Positions 42,361-54,338 of a stretch of 64,000 nt of DNA are shown piece after piece. The position numbers and the translations under genes are program-made. Origin of the DNA: Octopus sinensis (taxonomy: Eukaryota); NCBI RefSeq assembly GCF_006345805.1, contig NC_042997.1, positions 180,110,001 to 180,174,000 on the forward strand, given 5' to 3'. Under the pieces are notes generated by a model. The model did not search any database. It had not been told where the DNA came from and saw only the letters and a program-made list of their open reading frames with translations. Numbering within the stretch: the stretch's first letter is position 1; the number at the start of each line of letters is the position of its first letter.

Positions 42361-42481
42361 CATCTCTCTCTTTATATATGTATGTATGTATATATATATA
42401 TATATATTATATATATATATACACACACACATACACACACACATATATATATATATAGATAGATATATATATGTAGATATA

Positions 42482-42539
<58 letters not shown>

Positions 42540-42641
42540 TAGATAGATAGATAGATGATAGATAGATAGATAGATAGATAGATAGAAGATAGATAGATAG
42601 ATAGATAGATAGAAGATAGATAGATAGATAGATAGACAGAC

Positions 42642-42685
<44 letters not shown>
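42279..42685. repeat. Compound microsatellite (TCTA)n-(TA/CA)n-(GA)n-(GATA)n
   Basis: Directly visible. Confidence 0.95.
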
Positions 42686-42688
<3 letters not shown>

Positions 42689-43627
42689 TAGAATAAGTCA
42701 TTATCAAGGGTAACTACATATTAAACGCATAATGATCATACAAATACATCTCGAAAATTATATACACGCATCGGGGTGGCAGAAAGAAATATAAAGTATT
42801 TTTACTTCTTTGATCAATAAGAAAATGTAAGACCATGTATATACTTTGATTAAGTTTGAAATCCCGGAAATGTAAATAACCAAACCATGGTTTGAGAGAC
42901 ATCAAAAAAGAATCACCGTCACTTAAACATCTGAATCAATAATTTTGTAAATAAAGATTATTTTGGTATATGTGAAGGAGAATATAGCTTTGCTAAAAGT
43001 TTGTTTTCTTTTTTTCTTGAGCAAAGACAGAACATTTAAAATCAAGCAGATATATATTCGTTCAAAGTAACATTGAGAATTCTTACACAAATATCTAATA
43101 TTACCATATAACGAAAACTCCAATGCCGAAGCACTGCAGTTTGCCATAAAATGTCCTTCAGAAACATGCTTCTCACTGAAAATAATCACTTAATACGTTA
43201 ATATTCATACAAAAATTTCAAATATTTCAACCAAATATAGACTTACTAAGTTAGTAGAGGATAATTTCAGTACAAGCCTTGATAGCATAATTGCAGAAAT
43301 GAAATTATCTAGGCATTTGAATAAATAGAAAGGCCATTGTATTGATTTTCAATTCAGTGAATAGATTTCAAAGCTAAAACAGGGAGTTGTATACATCTCA
43401 GCGTCATTATCTAGCACTCTTCAGTAAAATGACAACTCAATACGAAGTGCATCCATTTTATACAAACAAAAAAATTGTTAATATCAAATAGAACATCTGG
43501 CATATTTTTATGTTCTGGCTTGCGTTCTGTTTATTGAGGATACAGACTGGATCAAGGAAATAAAGATGGTAGCTATTCTCTATAAGAATTTGAAGACACC
43601 AACGTTTGTTATATCAGTTACATCAGT

Positions 43628-43704
43628 CATTATTGTACATAGCTCAAAATATCAGATTAGGCTGTACATTATTGTACATAGCTCAAAATATCAGATTAGG
43701 CTGT
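43628..43704. repeat. 39-bp tandem duplication
   Basis: CATTATTGTACATAGCTCAAAATATCAGATTAGGCTGT(A) x2. Confidence 0.95.
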
Positions 43705-45294
43705 GACTTGATGCGAGGTTTTACAGTTTCTGTATATGGAAAACAGAAAGAAAAGAAAAATACAAAAGCAAGATTGATAAAAAAAGTTCAAATGGTAAAA
43801 ACATAGGTAAGTAACAACGCAATGATATACAATAAGTACAGCCTGGCTGATGACTGAGGAATCAAACAATCATGATTTTCAATATAAGCACTTCAGAAAA
43901 GGAAATAGCAACGCATTATATCACTCACCCAAGATTATCAAATCTGTGCACAATTGCTTCAGTAATGAATAGATTAAACAGTTTACACCGAGAAGAGTTA
44001 CCTTTATCAAAACTGCTTGGTATTGCAAGACATTAATCACGCGTTTCATTACTAAGTAAGCAAATTTCATTCATTAAGAAATGACTCCAAAAGATAAACA
44101 GCATTATGATATAATACAATCCAATCTTAGACTTCATTTCCATTAGAAAGATCTCAAATTCTATTAGGCATTTAGCAAAAGTAATACACGGTAAAGTCTC
44201 AGTGATATGCAGGCTTTATTCTCAATACATAATTTCGGAGAAAAGAGCTTAATGCCATCAGTGTGGCATATTGGCATGTCGAAAAAGGAAACAAGATATT
44301 TGCCATTGGATAAAATAAATTAACCACTTATAAATATCTCACAACTCATGGTTCATCAAATATAACAGATTTTTCAGCCATCCCACTCCCGGAAAACCCA
44401 AACATCATTCTCAAACTTATTTATAAGGTTCCAGAAATGAAAAGCCACCAACACTACTGAGATTATCTTGCATAGAGCAGGACCATTTGGAAATTAATAT
44501 ATGTACTGCAACATTTATATTGACGAACAAAAAGCTAAGAAGATATTCATCAGGTCATACCTACTAAGAATCGAAGTTTAAACTAATTCTAAAATAAGGT
44601 AATATAAATAAATTTGTTGCCATCACATTGAACAAGATTTAACGTTATATGATATCATTGCGATTTAAATAGCTTATGATATTTCAGACTGGTCAAAAGT
44701 TGCAAAGTTATATAAGATTTCTTTCATTTCCTTAACCGTTACTGCGAGTCAGAAACAGTATTGTCGATGAACAAGATGAACAGCAGGGGTTCACAAACTT
44801 TTTCTTTGTCATGCTCAGTCGTCATCTGTGGGATTGTTGGAGTACTCACTGTGAAGAATATAATGTAAAATTTTAGAGCATCAGAGCACAAGCAGAGAAA
44901 TTTAATTGGATATTATCTAAATCAGCGTTCCAATCCAGCCGTTGTTAACTTTGCTTTCATTATTCTCACATCCATAACATAAATTACTAGATAAGTACTG
45001 AAGCTGATGATATCAAATATATTTGCCCCTGAAATTTTCGGGCTTGCACCTTATATAAAATACGAACTGCAATCATTTTAATACTATATTTTTATACGAT
45101 GGACGAACATCAAAAGCATCATAATCGTTAATCAAAAGCAACTAATCAGCATTGATTAAAATATCGCCATATGAATTTATAGATAATCCATTCTCCCTGG
45201 TAATTGCCTGGCGGAAAACACACCGTATAGATAATGTGTTTAAAAAGACACTGAATGGGGCTGTAAATGTTATCATCCGACTATACCAACGTGT

Positions 45295-45426
45295 TCCTGA
45301 TGTAATCTCCAGGGATACAGGCATCCAGCAACAGGACCTCCGTAATGCCATGATGGACCGTGAAGTCTGGCGTAGCATGGTAAATTCCATTGTCTCGACC
45401 ACGGTCGAACAATGATGATGATGATG
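45295..45426 (+). mobile_element. Extremely 5'-truncated RTE LINE with (GAT)n tail and about 7-bp TSD
   Basis: PDVISRDTGIQQQDLRNAMMDREVWRSMVNSIVSTTVEQ* followed by (GAT)n; TGTTCCT at 45292-45298 and 45425-45431. Confidence 0.8.
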
Positions 45427-45710
45427 TTCCTCCGTCGTTACAGTTCATCAACCATAGACAAGGAATCCGTCATTCAGTCTCCGAAGAAGTACCTCACCAG
45501 CATATTTCAGAAACAGGTGTCCTGCTTAAAGAACAATTGGTATGTAGATACTAACGGCTAATGACAGAAAATTCGATAGTACAAGGGCATCTGGACTTCT
45601 GCCTCGACCTAGAAATAAATAATTGTACACGCGTGCATTCACACAAACACACACTTATACATATAAATATACAAATATAAATATATGTATATGTATGCAT
45701 GTAATTAGCT

Positions 45711-45766
<56 letters not shown>

Positions 45767-45767
<1 letters not shown>

Positions 45768-46230
45768 TCGGTGCGTGCGAATGATTTTGTTTTAAGGCGC
45801 CATGTTCTACAATAATGGTATTTTTATAAGCTTAAATCTTATGGCGATCACCGTACAATAACTAGGGACAATAGTCTATTAAATAGGCATACAAACTCTC
45901 GACTGAAAGAAGAATGCGTTCCTATCCGCGTGGGACACGAACCCACATCCCTTTGTTAAAGCGACTAGGTGTGTTACCTTTACACCAGCGAATTAGCCTC
46001 CCTGTTTCTGTCAAATTTAAGAAATATATTAGTTCACAATTGTTTAATGTAAAGAAACATTCTATGTGCTTTCGGTGCGAATGGTTTCGTTATACGGCGC
46101 CGTGTTTTACAATCATGTAAATAATATTTATAATATCTTAAAGCTTATGGCGATCACCGTGCAATTACTAAGGAAAATAATCCAATAAAAGGACATGTGA
46201 GCCCTCAACAGAAAAAAGAAGGCTTACCTA
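45767..46230. repeat. Diverged tandem repeat, about 303-bp period (1.5 units)
   Basis: TTCGGTGCG...GGCGCC...CTTATGGCGATCACCGT recurs at about 45767 and 46071. Confidence 0.75.
45923..45994 (-). pseudogene. tRNA-like sequence (degenerate tRNA gene or SINE head)
   Basis: Acceptor ATTCGC/GCGGAT; D-stem GTGT/ACAC; T-arm GTGGG-TTCGTGT-CCCAC; anticodon stem does not pair. Confidence 0.5.
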
Positions 46231-46263
46231 TGAGCGGATAAGCTTTAAACTTATATAAATATC

Positions 46264-46325
<62 letters not shown>

Positions 46326-46734
46326 CAAACACACACATGCAAATCTGCATCCACCTACATACAGTCGCAGAAACACAGACACACATTTCTACATACATAT
46401 ACTGATTAGCAGTAGAAGGCACTATTCTTAATGGAAAATTACCATTCCATTTTAAAATCGGGATGTTTATTTTAATCATTTGATATCCAATATACTACAC
46501 ACTGAATATCAAATCGCCTGTATCTGTTTATTGGCACAAATCATGCAAGGCTTCTATTTGTAATGCTTGCACGATCTAATATTATTTCAAGGTATGCACT
46601 TGTAACCTGGAAGTTTAATATGCAAATTAAAATAATAACGAACGAAGAAACAATTAAATACAAACCTCATTGAACACTGGTATATAAATATATGCGTTTA
46701 TATAAGTGGGTTTGTGCGTATGTGTTAGTTTGTG

Positions 46735-46783
<49 letters not shown>

Positions 46784-46989
46784 TTGTGCCACATTATATT
46801 ATATGAGCAGATTCCTTAAGCGAATTCACTTAGGTCAATATGGATACAAGGAAATCGTGAAAGTAATATCAAAGTAAATAGGTTCACTCTTAGATCTATA
46901 CGAGCTTTGCTAGCTTACTGGTTGGATATTATTTGAAGTTAATATGTTATTTCTCGTTAAGGTCTAAAATTAGATAACAACATCTTATG

Positions 46990-48848
46990 CCTCCATGTTG
47001 AAAATATATCCAAACCTAATGAAATTTCGTAAATTTCCTTCGATTAATTTGGGAAAGTAGGCGACAAGGACTGGCCTCAATGACATTAAAGTTGGGGCTC
47101 AGGATAAATCGTGGGCTACGCACAATGTATGTAAAACCTGTGTTCAAAATGTACGCCAATGAACCAAGTAAACGATTGCTAATTTTGTCTCACAAAGACT
47201 TCTGGTTATAGCAAGAGAATGCAACAGAAAATAAGTTATTCAAAGGTGGCTTCAGCAATTCGTTCAGTGCTTCACTCAGGTGAAAGACCTGTGCCCATTT
47301 TCAAGTATCTATCTTCACTGCAAGATGATTCATGTGAAGTAAATGTAAATCATGAACATGACAGTGATACAGACTTTGTAGAAACCTCAACCAAAAACGT
47401 GAAAACTTCAACCAGGCAGAACTTCATGGTTTAGTTAGAGACTTAGGACCGTCAAATGAGTTATCAGAATTGTTTTCTTCTAGGCTTAAAGAGAAGAATC
47501 TATTACAGAAAGAAACAAACGTAACTTTTTATGTTAACATGGAAAAGGATCTCTTAGCATTCTTTACAACTGGAAAATATTTTGTTTACTAATTTCACTA
47601 ATGTGAGTAATTTTTTTTTACTAAGGTGCGCGTAGATAGTTAAAATAACAGTCTAAAATGTGTATTACTCCATAATGGAAGCTTGTTTGGTTCGCTTCTT
47701 ATTAATTATTCCGTACAATTAAAAGAGAATTTTGATCACATAAAAGTTGCATTCGATTTAGTCAAGTATGATAAACACAAATGTGTCATATGTGTGAATC
47801 TAAAAGTGATAACTTTATACTTGGCCAACGAGGAGGGAATACAAAATATCCGTGTTTCTGTATTTATGGGATAACCTAGCGCGAGACAAATATTAGGGAC
47901 AGAGACTCAGGCCAGTTAGGAAAATTTGGACTGTTGAGAAGAGCATCATACCCCAAACACTTGTTGAGCGAGAGAAAATCAATGTCCCACCCCTTCATAT
48001 TAAACTAAGACTAATGAAACAAGTTGTCAAATCTCTTACTGTGGAGGGTAACTGTTTAAACTTCATATGTACATTTGCTGGCCTAAGTTATAAAATAACG
48101 ACGACTGGTGTTTTTGATGGGCCACAAAGAAGAAAGGTAATGAAATGCCAGAATTTTTCAAGCTCGATTACTGAAATAGGAAAGGGTACATGGGATTCAT
48201 TTGGGTCTGTTATGAAAGGATCTACGGGGAGTGAAAAGTTTGCAAAGTACAAGGAAATGGTGGAGACATTACTTAATACCTTACCTCTTTTAGGCTGCAT
48301 AAACATGAGCATAAAGATTCATTTCCTCAATAGCCATCTCGATGAATTTCCTGCTAATCTCGGAAACGTGAGCGATGGGCATGGTGAGCGTTTTCATCAA
48401 GCAATTAAGATTATGGAGGGAGATATCAAGGTCGGTGGAACATACACATCATGGCAGACTACTGATTATTCAAAGAGACAGTGTATACATGAAGCACTCC
48501 TGACGCTCTCGCAATCATAGATTCTTTTCGGTGAATATGAAACTATGTGTATGATGGCCTGTGTTTTATCCATCAATTTAGAGAATTAACTGTATGTATT
48601 TAGTAAAAGGCGATGCTTACATTTATGATTTCATATTCTATTTACATTATAACTTTGAAGCTATAAGACTTAGTAAACTGTCCCGACCAAGTAAATTATT
48701 TATACAGTACATCATGAAATAGGGGAATGCTATAAAAAGAAAACATGGTTTGATAGCAGAAAATGGATGCCATATTTGAAATCAGTATCTCAGAATTAAC
48801 TAAAAACAGTCACAAAACTGAAGACACCAAAAATTGTGTTGGCCAGTG
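46990..48848 (+). mobile_element. Chapaev3-like (CMC) DNA transposon remnant
   Basis: GAQDKSWATHNVCKTC; PPLHIKLRLMKQVVK..VFDGPQ..GCINMSIKIHFLNSHLDEFPANLGNVSDGHGERFHQ; right end ...GTGTTGGCCAGTG|TA (CACTG-type terminus); left terminus not found. Family name is from recall of these motifs. Confidence 0.65.
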
Positions 48849-48959
48849 TAATTATATACCTTTACCTTTATTTTGTGAATATGGTTATGTATGGACACAT
48901 GAACTTGTCTATGAAATCTTTTTATTTACATAACGTACATAAAATATAATTTTCTTATT

Positions 48960-49143
48960 TTTGGCCGAAAAGCCTCAAATTTTGAGAGAGGGCGAAGCCG
49001 TTTGACATCGACCCTAGTCCACAAATAGTAGTTATTTTATCGCCCAAGAAATAATGAATATAGACACCGGTAGAATTTGAACTCAGAATGTAATGCCGCG
49101 AAGTACTTTCTCCTGTACGCCAAGGATTCTCCCAGCTCACCGA
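48960..49143 (-). mobile_element. SINE family B, strongly diverged
   Basis: ATCGACCCTAGT...GAATTTGAACTCAGAATGTAA...CCCAGCTCACC. Confidence 0.6.
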
Positions 49144-50357
49144 TTTAACGCACACTACTTATAAAACCTATCTACGTTCACCATTACAAGATGGGAGTGG
49201 TTCAATACTACATTGGGTAATACTAGTATAGGCAAGGATAAAGGATAAAATCACACACTCACGTACGCCCATGCAGAGAAGGCGCGAGTGGAAAGAATAG
49301 GGAGATTCAGATTATTAAAAATAGAAATACTGTGGAGTCAATATTATAAATGCCCATATTCTCAAAGCAAACTCTTTTTAATCGATGATTATTTTTTTCA
49401 CGTTTCGTCTTTGAGTGAGAATCTTGATTAAGATGTCATAATTTAAATAAGCAGATTAAGAACAAATTTGTTGAGGGATATTTTTTGTACACATTACAAC
49501 TACTTGTCAAAACTCACTGTACAAATAAAATCGATTGATGAGCGAGGATCTGCGAATGTTCAACAGACTATTCTGCCACAGCTTCAGGTGGGTGACTTAG
49601 AATTCAACACATTAAAATATTACAATTTTCACTTCAAGCACACTAAAATTAAGCCGCTCAATATTCTATTGTAATTCAAACACCCTATTTGCTAGTACTA
49701 TCTGTGCTTCATAATTTAAGAATACATAGGTACAGAAATCTTAACAATTTAAAATTTATAGATGTCTGTAAAGCATGAAATTTCCTTTTCCGCCATTTTC
49801 AATTTAAATTTCATATATGGATTGTTCTAACATGAAATGTTCATTCATTAATGCATTCTGTTATTCATTGATTCACTCATTTACATCCTATTTTTTGATT
49901 TGTTAACGCTACAATATTCGTTGAGTCAGGCAGCAAACCAAATCGAAGACTTGTGTTTGACACTGTAAGTTAACCTACTGCGCACGAATTTATTAAACTT
50001 AATGTATAAATCAACAAGTATATATAACTAAATCTACATTGGCAGAAAGGATTTCGTGTCTCAGGGAGGGAATGGATACAGCATGCTTCTGTATCTACCC
50101 ATGTTTGTGATTTCTTTAGTTTACTCAGGTGTTTGGTGCTAGTTGGCATTTGCCTTATGGCACAATTGAATTTACATGGATCACATCCGTCATATTATGG
50201 CAAATCAGAAATCCATATTCCGAGTATGCCGTAAATTTCTTTTAATGAGGTAACAAAGAAATCTTCAACAGCTGATATTTAATGGTCACTAATGAGTTGG
50301 TGAACTGGTCTACTCCTTTCAGCGTTAGTTAAACAAACGTCTAGCGATATTTTTAGA

Positions 50358-50965
50358 GGCGGCGAGCTGGCAGAAATGTTAGCACGCCGGGTGATATTCT
50401 TAACGGTATTTCGTCTATTTTTATGTTCTGAGTTCAAATTCCGCGAGGTCCACTTTGCCTTCCATCCTTTCGAGGTCGATAAATTAAGTACTAGTTGCGT
50501 ACTGGGGGTCGATCTAATAGATTAACCCCCTCCCCCCAAAATTCGGGTCTTGTACCTAGAGTAGAAAAGAATTGTTAGCATGCCGGGTGAAATGATTAGC
50601 TGTATTTCGTCTGCCGTTACGTTTTGAGTTAAAATTACGCCGAAGTCGACATTGCCTTTCATAATTTCGGGGTCGATTAAATGAGTACCAGTTACGCACT
50701 GGGGTTGATCAAATAGACTAACCCTCTCCCCCGAAAATTTAGGTCTTGTGCCTAGAGTAGAAATGAATCGTTAGCATGCCGGGCGAAATGATTAGCTGTA
50801 TTTCGTCTGCCGTTACGTTTTGAGTTCAAATTCCGCCGAGGTCGACTTTGCCTTTTATACTTTCGGGGTCGATTAAATAAGTACCAGTTACACACTGGCG
50901 TCTATGTACACGACTTTATCCCTTTGTCCTTTATTGTCCCTTTGGACAATAAAGAAATAGGTATT
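50358..50965 (+). mobile_element. SINE family B tandem trimer, 196-bp period
   Basis: GTTAGCA restarts at 50378, 50574 and 50770; each unit keeps a B-box and the conserved body. Confidence 0.9.
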
Positions 50966-50989
50966 GAATGGTCTCTTAACTGTAATATA

Positions 50990-51241
50990 TATCATGTTTA
51001 TATTCGGGGAGATTCAGCTTGACAAAGTCTGCGACAATAGATGAAGAAGAGCTGGCCCTTTGGAAAACAGGAAAAAGTCGTGGTGAAAGACTACAGCAGA
51101 GTTCACACCCACCTGCCGGAGCCTCGTGCAACTTTAGGTGTTTACGCTCAATAAACACTCACAACGCCCGGTCTGGGAATCGAAACCAAGATCCTACGAC
51201 CGCGAATCCGCTGGCCTAACCACTGGGCTAGTGTGCCTCCA
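50990..51241 (-). mobile_element. SINE family A, tail type i, with deletions
   Basis: CAACGCCCGGTCTGGGAATCGAAACC...CCTAACCACTGGGC..GCCTCCAC. Confidence 0.85.
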
Positions 51242-51287
51242 CATATATATATATATAATATATGATATATACGCACACATATATTGG

Positions 51288-51688
51288 CACAGGAGTAGCT
51301 ATGTGGTAAGAAACTTGCTTCCCAAGCACGTGGTTCCGGGTACCTTGAGCAAGTGTGTTCTATTTTTCGGGCCGACTAAAGCTTTCTAAGTGGATTTGGT
51401 GGACGGATGTTGAAAGACCCCATATTATATCGATATATGCATATATAAATGTGTATGTGTGTGCGACGCCTGTTGTCTGTGTTTGTCCCCACCCCCACCC
51501 ATCATCACTTGACAATTAATATTTGTGTATTTACACCCCCGTAACTTAGTTGTTTGGCAAAAGAGACCGAGAGAATAAGTACCAGGCATAAATAACATTC
51601 TTGGGGTCGATTCATGTGACTAAAAATTCAAGGCGGTGCCCCAGCTTGGCAGCAGTCTAATGACTGAAACAGATAAAATACAAAAGGT
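51288..51688 (+). mobile_element. SINE family C, near full length
   Basis: CAGGAGTAGCTATGTGGTAAG head; tail GGCGGTGCCCCAGCTTGGCAGCAGTCTAATGACTGAAAC. Confidence 0.85.
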
Positions 51689-53149
51689 ATATCTAAAAGG
51701 CTGCTTGTAACATTGTATTCCGCTGTGGACTCTTCACCATAAATATAGTAAACATATCTACCCATTCATTTCAACGTATTGAGTTCTATGTCAGATAGCG
51801 CTTGCAGTAAAAGAAAAAGTTCGTGAGTATAGGTTAAAATTCTTACATTAAAATATAACATAGATTATTGATCAGTTTGAGGTGATAATGTATAAAGCAT
51901 GCAAAAAGTACTACACTGAATCAAACTCGAGTCAATGGATTCGAGAAGCGACCTTTTAAGCACACAGCCACCGCAGTACTCAATGTTTTGGCATGGAAAT
52001 ATTTTAGCAACTTATGGGACAACTTCCCTGCGTGCGATATCAAAACGAATTTGTCTTTCTCATCAAATACAGTAGCTGACAAATTAGGTTACCGATCGCT
52101 GTATAAAGTAAAGCTACAAATAGGACTTTAATTTGATTATAATCTAAACTGCATTGTAGTGTAGCAGGTGTAATTCTGAAATATTTTAACCATATAAAAT
52201 GACGTGGAATGATGTTATACACGGTTGTAAAAAGAATTTCAGTGCGATAACATATTTAATGTCTCAATTATTTTACCTGTTCTTGAAACACTTTTGTGTC
52301 GAATTAATTTTGCCGCATATAATACCGAGGTGTCAATTAATTCAACAGTCTCAAGCATTACTTAACTTTCAAATTTTATCGTACTTTAACCCTTTAAAAT
52401 TTATGAAATCTATTTTGGCTACTGGGAAAAATAAAGGTTAGTAATTAATAGTTTGAGGCAATGTGATGTGTTTGAAATCTTCGGTACTCTTACACCTGAT
52501 CCGATAGAACAGCATCATTTGAAGTGTACGTTCTCAATGAACATCTACACTTTTCTTCGAGACGTTCAATATAATTTTAATTTCTTTAAAGAAGCATGCT
52601 AATATAATATCTGAAATCTATAATTTTGCTTAAAATGCTTAGCACGTCTTAGATTTCCTGAGATCATACACTGACGACAATAAAATTAAATTCTACATTA
52701 TTTAGCTAAGTCAATTTATAGGAAAATATTGCCGCTGTCAAGAAGTTATCTGGAAGCAATGTGCAACAACTAAGTACAAATGGAATGTTTAATGAGTACT
52801 CTCTGCTTTGGAATCAGACTGGAATTTGCTAATAAACAGGATGACCAAATTCATCAAAATATGCGGTTTACTCTTTTTGTATCACCTTCATAATGTAGGG
52901 GTTAAAAAGCATGAGGGAATGGTTTGAACTCAGAATACATATGGATGGTTTTGTGGAAGCTACGTCCTGGAAGATACTATACCAACTCAAATACGCCAGT
53001 GACAATTCTGTTAGTTTAACTATGAGAAATCAGTATCATTTTAACCAGATCTGTCTGAATTTTTAAGGATACATCATCATTGATACACGTGCATCAAAAA
53101 CCGATGATATATAATGCATGAATTTTTAAAGTAATTATTTATATGTACG

Positions 53150-54338
53150 TTACACTCTCAAAGCTTGAGTTCCTCAAAACTATGTATATTTCCCGCGTAA
53201 ATTCTGTTAATGTTATATTCATGAAAGAATAACAAAATAATTCTAATCAAAATTCGATTACTATTCAGTTTAAAGCATTTAATAAATATTATTGAATATT
53301 GCATTCTTTGCCATAGTATGGAAACTCGAGAGAGATAGGGAAAAATGCACTGTATTTTAGCAGAAGCAGAAGTTATGAAGGATAATCTGATGAGGTAACC
53401 AAATGGTATGTTGGAAAATAATTGAGGAAGCAAGTCGAAGCATTAGTATCCACGGAGGGCATAGTCAAAGCAATTTGGTGATTTGAAGGTATACAAAGAA
53501 ACAAAATGTTGGATATGTGTTGTCCTCGGAGCAAAACAAGATTATTTGACTCACAGGCTAGAGATACGGAGAAAATGTGAAAAGATTATAGTAGATTTGG
53601 TGTCAGTGAGTGGCGAGTAAAACACTTTAGAGTGTATTTTAATAGTAGTTCGACTGTTTCCTTTACGCAATAATAGTCAAACTACATTGTTGCCCGTCCA
53701 CGACTTGCAATCTTCCCTGAAGATTTCTACGCACCTTCTAAAGTACGCTGTAAAACGTTATACACCCCTAAATGTCATAACTGAATTCTGTTATAGAGTT
53801 TAAAACGCCGTCTGGAGGAAACGAACTTATTGTGTATCCGCACTTCTTAAGATACAGGTCCATTAGCTGTTGTAGTTTTTCTTGTTGCTGAAGCAGTTGT
53901 TTCTGCAACTCCTGTTGCAGTTCTTGCTGTTGCTTTTGCAACTGTATTATAGAAGCATATAGGTCTCCTACAATTAATTATTTTGTATCACAAAATTTGT
54001 TAACTGACCTGCTTGATCTTCGAATCCTTGACGCCATTATGGTAACGTGGCTACTCATCGCCGATTATTATAATATCGCCACTATTTATGACGTTACTTG
54101 TTTATACTCTAACCATGTAGTAACAATAAAGTATATAAGAAAGCAGGGTAACAAAACGTAACATTCCAACAAATTTTCCATGAACAATACACGAACTAAC
54201 AAACGATATTTCGACAAACTATCAAAACGACACCTACGACTTCCTACGATTAACGCTTACCTTGTCTCACTCAGACCAATATTTATAGCCGTTCAGTGTA
54301 GTCTAATCTCAAGGAATGTCGTGACTCTCGCCACCACA
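53150..54338 (-). mobile_element. Gypsy-type LTR retrotransposon remnant: about 300-bp 5' LTR (54040-54338), PBS-like TGGCGTCAAGG, degenerate gag
   Basis: TG...CA-bounded segment containing TATAAAT; downstream QKQQQELQQ...SFPPDGVLNSITEFSYD...YFRRCVEIFREDCKSW...LLLRK, typical of this gag class; the lower boundary is uncertain. Confidence 0.6.

Noticed and set aside
44789-45031. CAGGGGTTCACAAACTTTT, resembling a hAT MITE terminus
   Set aside because: No matching inverted end beyond CCCCTG and no 8-bp TSD
45476-45535. CCGAAGA...GAAAC-AGGT-GTC hammerhead-like string
   Set aside because: Core mutated; stems I and II do not pair
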